Program-made: the position numbers and the translations under genes
The notes under the pieces: model-generated
What the model was told of the DNA's origin: nothing
The model's input: the letters and a program-made list of their open reading frames with translations, nothing else
The model's database searches: none
Shown: positions 18,084-27,983 of the stretch, piece by piece
Position numbering within the stretch: position 1 is the first letter of the stretch
How the letters are laid out: each line of letters starts with the position of its first letter
Source: Candidatus Eiseniibacteriota bacterium
GTDB lineage: Bacteria; Eisenbacteria; RBG-16-71-46; CAZAMP01
DNA length: 64,000 bases
Direction of reading: 5' to 3'
Assembly (NCBI GenBank): GCA_965224245.1
Contig: OZ245046.1
Coordinates: 2,720,001-2,784,000, forward strand

Positions 18084-19988
18084 ATGACCACTCGGCGCCG
18101 GCGCCGGAGACGACGCGACGCGTCACTAATCGCCCCGGCCCGTTCCCCATGGCGGCGGCTCGCGCCGTTCGTCCTGGTCGCGGCCACGATGCTCGTGTAC
18201 GCGAACAGCCTCCAGGGCGTGTGGCTGCTCGACGACCACGGTGCCATCGTGGACAACCCGCACGTCCGCCAGCTGTGGCCGCCCACTGCTCCCCCGGACT
18301 CGACGCTCGATCGGCGGCCGGTCGCCGCGCTCTCGTTCGCGATCAGCTACGCCCTCGGCGGTCTCGATCCGCGCGGCTACCACGCGCTCAACGTCGCCGT
18401 GCACGTGCTCGCGGCGCTGACGGTGCTCGCGCTCCTCCGCCGAACGTTCCGGGCACCACGGCTCGCCGGCCGGCTCGGCGAGCACGCCGACGCCCTGGCC
18501 TTCGCGGCGGCCGCGGCATGGGCCGTCCATCCGCTCCTGACCCAGGCGGTGACGTACGTCGTCCAGCGCACCGAGTCCCTCGCGTCTCTCTTCGTGCTCC
18601 TGACGATCTACGCCGTGGCTCGCGCGCAGTCGAGCACACGGCCCGGGCGCTGGCACGCCGCCGCCGTCGCGGCGTGTGCGCTCGCGATGGGAACCAAGGA
18701 GATCGCGGTCGCCACCCCGCTCCTGGCCTGGGTGTACGTCCGCGTCTTCTTCCACCGGGCGCGAACGTCCGACGAACGGGTCGCCTCCGACCCGGCGGGG
18801 CGTCGGCTCTGGATCGGACTCGGCCTGACGTGGGTCGTCCCGGCGCTGCTCTTGCTGGGCGATACGCCCCGTCAGTCGATGGGCTTCGGCAGCGACGCCG
18901 CCGACCCGTGGACGTACGCGATGTCGCAGGGCGCGATCCTCGTGCACTACCTCCGGCTCGTCGTGTGGCCCGCGGGCCTCACGTTTGACTACGCGTGGCC
19001 ACCGGCCACCGACGCGGTTGCGGCAGCGCCGGGGCTGGTCGCCGGGGTCGCGCTCGTCGTGGCAACCGGGTGGAGCCTCGCCCGCCGGCCGTCTCTCGGG
19101 TTCGGCGGTGCGTGGTTCCTTCTCCTGCTCGCACCGACGTCGTCGGTCGTCCCGATCCTGGATCTGGCGGTCGAGCACCGCACGTACCTCGCGTCCGCGG
19201 CGCCGATCACGCTGGCGATGGTGGCGCTGTACCTGGGCGCACGGAGGATCGTCGCCTCCCCCGCAGCCGCGGCGCGAGCGTTCACCGTCGTGGCGGCGGT
19301 GATCGCGATCCTCCTGGGTGCGGCCACCGTGCGGCGCAACGCGACGTACCGGAGCGCGGTGGCCATGTGGTCGGACGTGGTCGCCAACGCTCCCCGGAAC
19401 GCGAGAGGATGGAACGAGCTGGGCCTGGCGTTCCTCGATGCCCGCCGCCCGGCCGACGCCGAGCCGGCGTTGCGGACCGCGGTCGGCCTCCGTCCCGACG
19501 ACGCGAAGGCCCAGTGGAACCTCGGGCGACTGTACGCGGAGTCCGGCCGGCCCGACGACGCGCGCCTCGCCTTCGAGGCCGCGATCTCGTCGGTCCCCGG
19601 CTACCTGGACGCACACACGAGCCTGGCCACGCTGCTCCTCGGCCAGGGGGACCTCACCGGCGGCGCCGAACATCTCGAGGCCGCGCTCCGACTCGATCCC
19701 GAGCGTCTGGACGTCCGGTACAACCTGGCCGGCGTGCTCCTCGCGCTCGGCCGGCACGGTCGCGCCCGTCAGGAGTTCGAGGCGGTTCTGGATCGGGAGC
19801 CCGACCACGTGCTCGCGATGGTCGGGAAGGCGGGTGCGCTGGCCGCGATGGGGTCCTTGGACGGGGCGCGCGAGGCGCTGGAACGGGCGCGCGTGCTCGC
19901 CGAGGCGGGGCCCGATCCGTCCCTCCGGGAGCTCGTGCGCGCGCGCCTGCGCGCGCTGCCGAGCCCGGGCACCCCGCCCGGCTCGTGA
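18084..19988 (+). CDS. TMTC-like GT-C membrane glycosyltransferase with C-terminal TPR repeats
   Basis: 'WLLDDHGAIVDNP' (DD motif), 'YHALNVAVH', 'HPLLTQAVTYVVQRTE', 'KE', 'EHRTYL', many TM helices, then about five TPRs. The coding part is the last 634 aa of the 1148-aa ORF. Confidence 0.8.
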   Translation: MTTRRRRRRRRDASLIAPARSPWRRLAPFVLVAATMLVYANSLQGVWLLDDHGAIVDNPHVRQLWPPTAPPDSTLDRRPVAALSFAISYALGGLDPRGYHALNVAVHVLAALTVLALLRRTFRAPRLAGRLGEHADALAFAAAAAWAVHPLLTQAVTYVVQRTESLASLFVLLTIYAVARAQSSTRPGRWHAAAVAACALAMGTKEIAVATPLLAWVYVRVFFHRARTSDERVASDPAGRRLWIGLGLTWVVPALLLLGDTPRQSMGFGSDAADPWTYAMSQGAILVHYLRLVVWPAGLTFDYAWPPATDAVAAAPGLVAGVALVVATGWSLARRPSLGFGGAWFLLLLAPTSSVVPILDLAVEHRTYLASAAPITLAMVALYLGARRIVASPAAAARAFTVVAAVIAILLGAATVRRNATYRSAVAMWSDVVANAPRNARGWNELGLAFLDARRPADAEPALRTAVGLRPDDAKAQWNLGRLYAESGRPDDARLAFEAAISSVPGYLDAHTSLATLLLGQGDLTGGAEHLEAALRLDPERLDVRYNLAGVLLALGRHGRARQEFEAVLDREPDHVLAMVGKAGALAAMGSLDGAREALERARVLAEAGPDPSLRELVRARLRALPSPGTPPGS

Positions 19989-20000
19989 GCGATCGCCACG

Positions 20001-20219
20001 TCAGCCGGAGCCGCCGCCCGCACCGTCATCGCCATCACCGCCGGGCGCGCCGCGGTCGCGCCCCGAGGGCTCACGCGCGCGACCGGCTTCCCGGAGCGCG
20101 CGCGTGAGGATGAACTCGATCTGTGCGTTGACGCTCCTGAGCTCGTCGTCGGCCCAGGCCCTCACCGCGTCGAAGACCTCCGGATCGATGCGAAGCGCGA
20201 ACGCCTTACGTTTCGACAT
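20001..20219 (-). CDS. Arc/CopG-like ribbon-helix-helix DNA-binding protein
   Basis: '[36 protein letters not shown]' has the Arc-like beta-strand plus RSxN motif; it starts 9 bp after the SPFH gene. Confidence 0.85.
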   Translation of the reverse strand: MSKRKAFALRIDPEVFDAVRAWADDELRSVNAQIEFILTRALREAGRAREPSGRDRGAPGGDGDDGAGGGSG

Positions 20220-20228
20220 GGCGAACGC

Positions 20229-21110
20229 TCAATGGTACAGCGACCCCGTGTTCACGACCGGCTGCGTGTGCCGGTCGCTGCAGAGCACGACCAGGAGGTT
20301 GCTGACCATCGCGGCCTTGCGCTCCTCGTCGAGCTCCATGACGTTTCGGGCCGCCAGCTGATCGAGGGCGCTCTCGACCATTCCCACCGCACCCTCCACG
20401 ATCTGCTGGCGGGCGGCCACCACCGCGCTGGCCTGCTGGCGCTGTAGCATCGCGGCGGCAATCTCGGGCGAGTACGCGAGGTGGCTGATGCGGGTCTCGA
20501 GCACGTCCACGCCCGCCTCGTCCAGCCGGTCGCGAACCTCGACGCTGAGCTGCTCGGAGATCTCCGCCGCATGGCTGCTCAGCGCCCGCTCCTCGTCGTG
20601 TGCCACGTACGGGTAGTTCGACGCCAGATTGCGGAGCGCGGACTCGCTCTGCACGTGCACGAAGTCCTCGAAGTCGTTCACGTTGAACAGGGCCTCGGCC
20701 GTGTCCACGACTCGCCACACGACGATCGCCGCGATCTCGATCGGATTGCCGCTCGCGTCATTCACCTTGAGCTTGTCGGTCTCGAAGTTCCGGATACGGA
20801 CCGACACCTTGCGCTTCGAGTTGAACGGGTTGGCCCAGCGGAGCCCCTCGTCCTTAGCCGTGCCCACGTACTTGCCGAAGAGCTGCAGCACCTTGGACTC
20901 GTTGGGGTTCACGACGAACAGACCGGACAGGAACAGGATGAACCCCGCCAGCACGATCAGCGAGACGATGATCCCCAGGGGCGCCCCCCCGACCTCGTCC
21001 TTGGCGAGCCGCACGAAGTTGATGAACGAGACGATCGACGCCACGATGCCCAGGATCCCGATCAGCAGGTGCGGCAAACCGTTCGGGTATCGCTTCGTGT
21101 TCTCCCGCAT
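20229..21110 (-). CDS. SPFH/band-7 domain membrane protein
   Basis: Two N-terminal TMs; '[19 protein letters not shown]', '[18 protein letters not shown]', '[18 protein letters not shown]', 'VSNLLVVLC'. GGAG RBS before ATG 21110. Confidence 0.9.
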   Translation of the reverse strand: MRENTKRYPNGLPHLLIGILGIVASIVSFINFVRLAKDEVGGAPLGIIVSLIVLAGFILFLSGLFVVNPNESKVLQLFGKYVGTAKDEGLRWANPFNSKRKVSVRIRNFETDKLKVNDASGNPIEIAAIVVWRVVDTAEALFNVNDFEDFVHVQSESALRNLASNYPYVAHDEERALSSHAAEISEQLSVEVRDRLDEAGVDVLETRISHLAYSPEIAAAMLQRQQASAVVAARQQIVEGAVGMVESALDQLAARNVMELDEERKAAMVSNLLVVLCSDRHTQPVVNTGSLYH

Positions 21111-21147
21111 CGGAAGCTCCTTTCCGGCGATAGCGCCATGATGTTGA

Positions 21148-21159
21148 TATGATATCATA
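21148..21159. promoter_or_regulatory. Perfect 12-bp palindrome TATGATATCATA, candidate RHH operator
   Basis: AT-rich palindrome within tandem TGATAT repeats, about 40 bp upstream of the SPFH-RHH operon. Confidence 0.6.
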
Positions 21160-21225
21160 ACGATTGCACCAGGGGAAAAGTTGCGGTAGATTCGGCCAGA
21201 CCAGAATGCGTTGTACTGTATTGAG

Positions 21226-24200
21226 TTACGGGCGAGCCGGACCCGCCGTCGGGGAGGCCGGCGTCGGACGACCTCCACGGGGTCGCACTCGCGCCCAGAT
21301 CGCCGACGTGTGCTCTCGCACGTCGTCGAAGAACGAGTAGAACACCGGGACCACCAGGAGCGTGAGCAGCGTCGCCGTCGTCATCCCCCCGATCAGCGTC
21401 AGCGCGAACGAGGTGTAGCTCAGACCCGAGTCCATCCGTCCCCAGAGGGCCAGCGGCACCATGCCGCCGATCGTGGTGATGGCGGTCATCATGATCGGGC
21501 GGAACCGCCCTCGCGCGGCCTCCAGGATGGCCGAGCGGCGATCGAGCCCGTCGACCCGGAGGCGGTTCACGAAGTCGATCAGCACGATCCCGTTGTTCAC
21601 CACCACGCCGACCAGGAGGACGCCCCCCACCGCGCCCAGGAAGTCGATGTCCCGCGACGCGATCACGTGGATCCAGACCACGCCCAGCGAGGCCAGCGGA
21701 ATGGTGAAGATGATCGACAGCGGCAGCACGAAGCTCTCGAAGAGCAGCCCCATCAGGAGGTAGATGAACACGATCGACACGTAGAGCGCGAACAGAAGCG
21801 ACGCGAAGTCCTCCCGCGACTCGTTCACCTCGGCCGGATCCCCGAACGTGACGCCCTCGGGGAGGTCGATGCGGGCACAGACCGCGTCCAGGCGATCCCG
21901 CGTCTCCTCCCGCCGGGCGTCCAGGAGATCCAGCGACACCGTGCGTGACGTGCGCTTGTTCCGTCTGACGATCGCCGGCGGGCTGTCGAGCATGCTCACG
22001 TCCGTCAGCGCCGAGACCGGGAGGACGCCTCCGGAGGCCGTCGGCACGTAGAAGGAGGAGAGATCCGCCACGCTCTCTCGGTCCTCCTCCCGATAGCGCA
22101 CGCGGACCGGAATCTCGCGCGACGCATCCCGGTACTTCGGCAGGCTCTGACCGCGGAGGGCGTAGCCGACGACGCCGGCCACGATCGTGGGATCGACGCC
22201 GTACGCCTCGGTGAGCTCGCGGTCGATCACGAGGCCGAGCTCGTTGGGCACCCGATCGGAGTCGCGTCGAGCACCCAGCACGCCCTCCACCTTCGCGAGT
22301 ACGTCCGTGAGCTCCTCGGCGACGTCCTCCAGCACCCGCGGATCCTCGCCGTGAAGCGTGACCCGGTAGACGTCCTCGTCGGCCTCCACCTGGCTCTCGT
22401 CGCCGGTGGTGAACACGATCCCGGGGCGGTGCGGCAGGAGCTCGAGCACGCGCGCGGTCGTCTCCTTCGCCGTGAGGTCGCTGGTGCGCGGCGTCGTGAA
22501 CCAGCCCTGGAGCTCGCCTCGCGTCTTCTGGTGGTAGAGAAACCAGCCTTCGAGACCCAGCTCCCCGGCGTGGTCCTCGACGATCTTCTCGGCCTCCAGG
22601 AACCAGGCCTCGGTCTCCTCCAGAGACGCGTTGTCGGGCATCTCCACGTCGACCGAGAAGCCGGCGTCCTCGTTCTCCTGCACGTCCACGAACCGGATCG
22701 TCTTCGTCGCGACGCCGATCGTGACGCCGAAGACCACCGCCATCGCAAGCACCACGTCGAGTCGCCGGCTCAGCGACACATCGAGAAGCCGAGAGTAGGC
22801 CCGCCCCAGCCGCCCGAACGACACGTCGTAGGCACGCGCCATCGCCGACGACAGGCGGAGGTAGGAGCGTGCGCGGGGCGGGGTGTGTCCACCCCGCGCC
22901 GGCAACGTCGCATGAACTCCCAGCGGGATGCAGACGAGCGCCACCGCCAGCGACGCGATCAGCGACACGCTGATCGGAACCGACAGCCGGAGCAGGAAGA
23001 ACTGGGCCGGCCCCTCCACGAGCGCGATCGGCAGGAAGACGATCACCGTGGTCAGCGTCGACATCGTGATCGCCAGTCCGATCTCACCTGCGCCGCGGAT
23101 GGCGGCCTCCCGGCGCGAGAGCCCCCGCCGGTGCATGCGGTCGATGTTCTCGGACACGACGATCGCATTGTCCACCAGCAGCCCGACGCACACCATCAGC
23201 CCCAGCAGCGACAGGATGTTCAGCGACTGACCGATGAAGAGCATCACGCTGAGCGACACCAGGAGGCTCAGCGGAACGGCCGCGTTCGCGATCAGCGTGA
23301 CCCGGAAGCGGCGCAGGAAGAAGAACAGCACGCAGGCCGCGATCGCACCGCCGATGAGCCCGCTGTTCAGGAGCGTGGACAGCGACTCGTCGATCATCTC
23401 GCCCTGGTCGAACAGCACGATCTGCTCGGCGGCGTCGAGCCGGGGGTTCTCGTCGAACTCCGCACAGACGTCGCGCAGGCGGCCGCACACCTCCCGGGCG
23501 TTCGTCTCGCCCTCCTTCATGACGATGATGGCGTACGCAGGCTTGCTCATCGCGCGCACGCGATACTGCTTCTCGGGCTCGTCGTAGCGGACGGCCGCGA
23601 TGTCGCGCAGCCGCACCGACGGCGTGATTGGCCGGTTCTCGAGATCCTCGAGACGGTGGTAGCGGGCGTCCGATCGCAAGAGGAGCTTGCGCCCGCCGTC
23701 ACGCACGTGGCCCGAGGCGAGGGTGAAGCTGTCCTGGCCCAGCGTCTGGCTCAGCTCGTAGATGTTGATCCCGTGTGCGTCCGCACGGGTGCGGTCGATC
23801 TCGATCAGGATCTCCTTCTCCTCGAGCCCCTGGACGTTGACCGACGCCACACCGGGGACGCGCTCGAGCGGAACCACGATCTGCTTGTGGATGAGGTTGT
23901 AGACGTCGGTCACCGACGGATCGACGGCGACCCCGAGCACCAGCACCGGAATGCCCGAGGCATCGTCCTTGTAGATGAAGACGCGATCCACGTCCTCTGG
24001 GAAGAGCCGCCGCGCGCGCTGGACCCGATCTCGGACCTCTCGATACGCGAGGTCCATGTCCGTGCCCTGCTTGAAGCTCATGAACTGGCGCGCCTGCCCG
24101 GTGATCGAGACGGACGTGATGCGCCGGAGCCCCTTCACGGTGGAGAGCTCCTCTTCCAGCGGCGTCGAGATCTTGTCCAGCACCTCGCGCGGCGGGGCAT

Positions 24201-24381
24201 CGCGCCAGGGGACCCACACGCTCAGGAACGGCGAGTCGAAGCCACGCGGGATCAGCTCGATCGGGATCGTGGCCAGGGCGACCAGCCCCACCACGATCAC
24301 CGTCGCCACGAGGACGATGACCGTGATGGGACGCGAGAGCGCGAAGCTGGCCAGACCACCCCGTCCGGTGCGCGCCCTCAC
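21226..24381 (-). CDS. RND efflux permease (AcrB/AcrD/AcrF family), subunit 2
   Basis: 'GLLVDNAIVVSENI', 'STLTTVIVFLP', 'GVVVNNGIVLIDF', 'RFRPIMMTAITTIGGMVP'. GTG start overlaps the upstream stop. Confidence 0.92.
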   Translation of the reverse strand: MRARTGRGGLASFALSRPITVIVLVATVIVVGLVALATIPIELIPRGFDSPFLSVWVPWRDAPPREVLDKISTPLEEELSTVKGLRRITSVSITGQARQFMSFKQGTDMDLAYREVRDRVQRARRLFPEDVDRVFIYKDDASGIPVLVLGVAVDPSVTDVYNLIHKQIVVPLERVPGVASVNVQGLEEKEILIEIDRTRADAHGINIYELSQTLGQDSFTLASGHVRDGGRKLLLRSDARYHRLEDLENRPITPSVRLRDIAAVRYDEPEKQYRVRAMSKPAYAIIVMKEGETNAREVCGRLRDVCAEFDENPRLDAAEQIVLFDQGEMIDESLSTLLNSGLIGGAIAACVLFFFLRRFRVTLIANAAVPLSLLVSLSVMLFIGQSLNILSLLGLMVCVGLLVDNAIVVSENIDRMHRRGLSRREAAIRGAGEIGLAITMSTLTTVIVFLPIALVEGPAQFFLLRLSVPISVSLIASLAVALVCIPLGVHATLPARGGHTPPRARSYLRLSSAMARAYDVSFGRLGRAYSRLLDVSLSRRLDVVLAMAVVFGVTIGVATKTIRFVDVQENEDAGFSVDVEMPDNASLEETEAWFLEAEKIVEDHAGELGLEGWFLYHQKTRGELQGWFTTPRTSDLTAKETTARVLELLPHRPGIVFTTGDESQVEADEDVYRVTLHGEDPRVLEDVAEELTDVLAKVEGVLGARRDSDRVPNELGLVIDRELTEAYGVDPTIVAGVVGYALRGQSLPKYRDASREIPVRVRYREEDRESVADLSSFYVPTASGGVLPVSALTDVSMLDSPPAIVRRNKRTSRTVSLDLLDARREETRDRLDAVCARIDLPEGVTFGDPAEVNESREDFASLLFALYVSIVFIYLLMGLLFESFVLPLSIIFTIPLASLGVVWIHVIASRDIDFLGAVGGVLLVGVVVNNGIVLIDFVNRLRVDGLDRRSAILEAARGRFRPIMMTAITTIGGMVPLALWGRMDSGLSYTSFALTLIGGMTTATLLTLLVVPVFYSFFDDVREHTSAIWARVRPRGGRPTPASPTAGPARP

Positions 24382-27300
24382 GTCGTCACCTCCGGAACGG
24401 GTCGTCCCTCGCCGTCGACGTCGGCGCCGGCCCTGGATGGCCAGAGTCGCTCGGCCAGACCGTCCACGATCGCGTAGATCCACGGCACGACGACCAGCGT
24501 GAGCACCGTCGACGTCAGGAGTCCGGAGATGACCGCGATCGCCATCGGGGTCCGGATCTCGGCGCCGTCACCGATCCCGATCGCCATGGGCAGGAGCCCG
24601 AGGACGGTGGTGGCCGTCGTCATGAGGATCGGACGCAGCCGGACGCGGCCGGCGGCGAGGATCGCCTCCTCGCGCGAGAGCCCGCGCCGGCGGAGCTGGT
24701 TGACGTAGTCCACGAGCACGATCGCGTTGTTCACGACGATGCCCGCCAGCATGATCATCCCGAGAAACGCCACCACCGACAGCGGAATCCCGAACAGCCA
24801 CAGGCCGGCGAACGTCCCCACGAACGCCATGGGGATCGCGAGCATGATCACGAGCGGATGCAGCAGCGACTCGAACTGCACGGCCATGATCACGTAGACC
24901 AGGAACACCGACAGACCGAGCGCGAGGACGAGGCTGCCGCGACTGCGCTCCCACTCCTCGTTCTGGCCCGAGATGTAGTAGGTCAGCTCGGGCGGCCATT
25001 CGATCGCCCGCCCGAGCATGCGCTCGATCGCCGCCACCGCCGAGCCCAGCGACGCGTCGCCGATGTTCGCGCGGATCAAGGCCACGCGCTGACCGTCCAC
25101 GCGCCGTACCTCGCTCGGACCCTCGCCCACACGAACGTCGGCCACCTGCGAGAGCCGGACCGGCCGATCGGCGCCCGGGTTGACAACGAGCGCCTGGATG
25201 TCGTCGACGGTCTCGCGGAAGCTCCGATCGAGCTGCACCATGATCGGGATCCGTCGATCGAACCGGTTGAGGCGGGTGGCCTCGGCTCCCTGCACCCCGT
25301 CGCGAACCTGACGCGCGACCGCGGAGACGTTGAGGTCGTAGGCCATCAGTCGTTCGCGGTCGTAGACGACCTGAATCTCGGGAGCACCGGGCTGGAGCGT
25401 GGACTGAACGTCGGCCAGCTCGGGAAGCCCGGCCAGCGCCGCCTCGACCCGCTCGGCCTGATCGCGGAGCGCGCCGAGGTCGTCACCGTGAACCTCGACC
25501 TCGATGGGCGTCCGCGACGAGAACAGCACGGGACGAGAGACGTTCAGCTCCAGATCGGGTACGCGCGCGAAGACGTCGCGCATGCGATCGATCACGTGGT
25601 CCTCGATCGCGCCCGCGTCACGGGCATCGCCGCGCCCCGAGAGCCGACCCACCGCGCGCGAGAGCCACGAGCCGCCGTCCGTCACGCCACCGCCCACGAG
25701 GACGCGGAACCGGGCCGTGTGCTCCCCCTCGTCGGACCGATCCGACTGCGCCGGATCGTACCCCAGCGTCAGGAGCAGCGTGCGCACGTTCGCGCCGACG
25801 TCGAGCAGCGCGTCCTCGGCCCGCGACAGCACCTCGTCGGTGGTCTCCAGCGGCGTTCCCACCGGCAGCGAGACCTCGAGCGTGAACTCGCCCTGTCTCA
25901 CCTCGGGCAGAAGCTCGCTGTCCAGACTCCTGACCATCAGAACGCTGACGGTCACGATCGCGGCGGTGATCACGAGCACGATCGCACCGCTGCGGAGGAC
26001 CCAGCCGAGGAGCACCGGATACCCGCGCGTGACGGCCCCGAGGAGCCGGTCGGTGATCCACAGCGGGCCGGCGACCAGGAACCGGAACAGGAAGCGGACG
26101 ACCGGCGAGACCCCGCGGACGAGAAGCCAGCCGAGCCCGACGGCGATCATCGTCACCAGGAGTCCCAGAAGCTCGAGCACCTGCTCGACGACGAAGCGGA
26201 CGAGCCAGAACGCGGGCGTCAACACGAGGAGCTTCGTGCGGCGCCGCGAGCGGACCCACTCGGAACGGAGAGCGCGCCAGGCGCGGAGGCGAAAGAGCGC
26301 ACGCCGCTCCGGCAGGCCGCCGCCGGGCGCCCCGCGGCTTGCGAGCATCGGGATGAAGTACAGCGCCACCGACGCCGACGCCAGAAGCGACACCACGACC
26401 GCTATCCCCAGATCCCCGAACGCCTGACCGGCGACCCCCTCCACGAAGACCATCGGGAAGAACACCGCGATCGACGTGAGCGTCGACGCCCAGACCGCGC
26501 CCCGGACCTCGTTCACGCCGCGCACGGCCGCGCCCACGAGGCCGTCCCCCTCCTCGCGGCACCGGTGGATGGACTCCAGCACCACGATGGAGGAATCCAC
26601 GAGCATGCCAATGCCGAGCGCGAGCCCACCCAGCGACATGATGTTCAGCGAGACACCGGCCAGATTCAGCGGCGCGAACGTCACCAGGAGCGAGATCGGA
26701 ATGCTCACCGCGACGATGGTGGTCGCCCGGACGTCCCGGAGAAACAGGAACAGCATCAGGACGGCCAGGAGCCCTCCGATGATGGCGGTGGATCGCACCT
26801 CGCGGATGCTGCTCTCGATGAACACAGACCGATCGGCGGTCAGCTCCAGGCGAACGCCCTCGTCCTCGTACAGCTGCTGGGCGAGGCCGCGATCGCCGCG
26901 AAGACCGCCGGCCGGGGCCGACATCGCGCCATTGCTCGCCTCGGCATCGCTCGCCTCGGCGCCGCGCTCCTCGGCGCCGGCCGGGATCGTGAGCGTTCCC
27001 AGGGCCTCCTCCACGCGGTCGGCCAGGGCCACGATGTTCGCGTCACCCTCCTTGAAGATCTCGATCTGCACGCTCTCCGCGCCGTCGGTGCGCGTGATGA
27101 TCTGGCGCTCCTTGTGGCCCCACTCGACCCGTCCGAGATCGCGGACGCGCACCGGTCGGTCGCCCATGCGACGAACGATCGTGTCCTCGATCTGGCGGTG
27201 ATCCTCGAACTCGTTGAGCGTCCGGACCAGGTACTCGGTGCGGCCCTCCTGGATCATCCCGCCCGCGACGTTGACGTTCTCCTGCCGGAGCCGGGTCAAC

Positions 27301-27983
27301 ACCTCGCCGATCGAGATGCCGGTTCGTCGCATCTCGCCCTCGTCGAGGAGCACGTGGATCTCCTCTTCCAGGCCACCCATCACACGCACCGCGGCCACTC
27401 CCGAGATCGGCTCCAGGGCGCGCTTGACCTGCCGGTCGGCGATCCGGCGCAGGCGACGGAGCCCTTCCTCACCCTCGAACCGATCGTCGAGACCCGACAG
27501 GCTCAGTGCCAGCACCGGATCCAGCGAGGGGTCGAAGTGCAGGATCAGCGGCCGTGCCGCCTCCTCCGGCAGGAACACCAGGTCCAGGCGCTCCAGCACG
27601 TCCTGCGTGGCGTCGGAGATGTCAACGTCCCACGCGAACTCGAGGACGACGTCCGAGACCTCGGCGCGGCTGATGCTGCTGATGCGGCGGAGGCCGCCGA
27701 TGACGCCGAGAGCTTCCTCGATCGGGCGACTGATGTCGTTCTCGACCTCCTCGGGCGCGGCCCCCTCGTACTCGGTGCGAACGGTCAGCGTCGGGTAGGT
27801 CAGCTCGGGCATCAGGGCCACCGGGAGGCGGCCGTAGGAGAAGTACCCGAACACGACAGCGGCGATGAACAGCATCAGCACCGCGACGGGCCGGCCGGTG
27901 ACGAAGCTCCGAGCGGCGCGCGGCTCTGGGTCGGGGGCGCGCGGATCCCGCGGGTCGAACGACATCGGTGTGGCGTCGCTCAC
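24378..27983 (-). CDS. RND efflux permease (AcrB/AcrD/AcrF family), subunit 1
   Basis: 'YEGAAPEEVE', 'NIMSLGGLALGIGMLVDSSIVVLESI', 'QFESLLHP', 'GIVVNNAIVLVD', 'RLRPILMTTATTVLGLLP'. Confidence 0.92.
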   Translation of the reverse strand: MSDATPMSFDPRDPRAPDPEPRAARSFVTGRPVAVLMLFIAAVVFGYFSYGRLPVALMPELTYPTLTVRTEYEGAAPEEVENDISRPIEEALGVIGGLRRISSISRAEVSDVVLEFAWDVDISDATQDVLERLDLVFLPEEAARPLILHFDPSLDPVLALSLSGLDDRFEGEEGLRRLRRIADRQVKRALEPISGVAAVRVMGGLEEEIHVLLDEGEMRRTGISIGEVLTRLRQENVNVAGGMIQEGRTEYLVRTLNEFEDHRQIEDTIVRRMGDRPVRVRDLGRVEWGHKERQIITRTDGAESVQIEIFKEGDANIVALADRVEEALGTLTIPAGAEERGAEASDAEASNGAMSAPAGGLRGDRGLAQQLYEDEGVRLELTADRSVFIESSIREVRSTAIIGGLLAVLMLFLFLRDVRATTIVAVSIPISLLVTFAPLNLAGVSLNIMSLGGLALGIGMLVDSSIVVLESIHRCREEGDGLVGAAVRGVNEVRGAVWASTLTSIAVFFPMVFVEGVAGQAFGDLGIAVVVSLLASASVALYFIPMLASRGAPGGGLPERRALFRLRAWRALRSEWVRSRRRTKLLVLTPAFWLVRFVVEQVLELLGLLVTMIAVGLGWLLVRGVSPVVRFLFRFLVAGPLWITDRLLGAVTRGYPVLLGWVLRSGAIVLVITAAIVTVSVLMVRSLDSELLPEVRQGEFTLEVSLPVGTPLETTDEVLSRAEDALLDVGANVRTLLLTLGYDPAQSDRSDEGEHTARFRVLVGGGVTDGGSWLSRAVGRLSGRGDARDAGAIEDHVIDRMRDVFARVPDLELNVSRPVLFSSRTPIEVEVHGDDLGALRDQAERVEAALAGLPELADVQSTLQPGAPEIQVVYDRERLMAYDLNVSAVARQVRDGVQGAEATRLNRFDRRIPIMVQLDRSFRETVDDIQALVVNPGADRPVRLSQVADVRVGEGPSEVRRVDGQRVALIRANIGDASLGSAVAAIERMLGRAIEWPPELTYYISGQNEEWERSRGSLVLALGLSVFLVYVIMAVQFESLLHPLVIMLAIPMAFVGTFAGLWLFGIPLSVVAFLGMIMLAGIVVNNAIVLVDYVNQLRRRGLSREEAILAAGRVRLRPILMTTATTVLGLLPMAIGIGDGAEIRTPMAIAVISGLLTSTVLTLVVVPWIYAIVDGLAERLWPSRAGADVDGEGRPVPEVTT

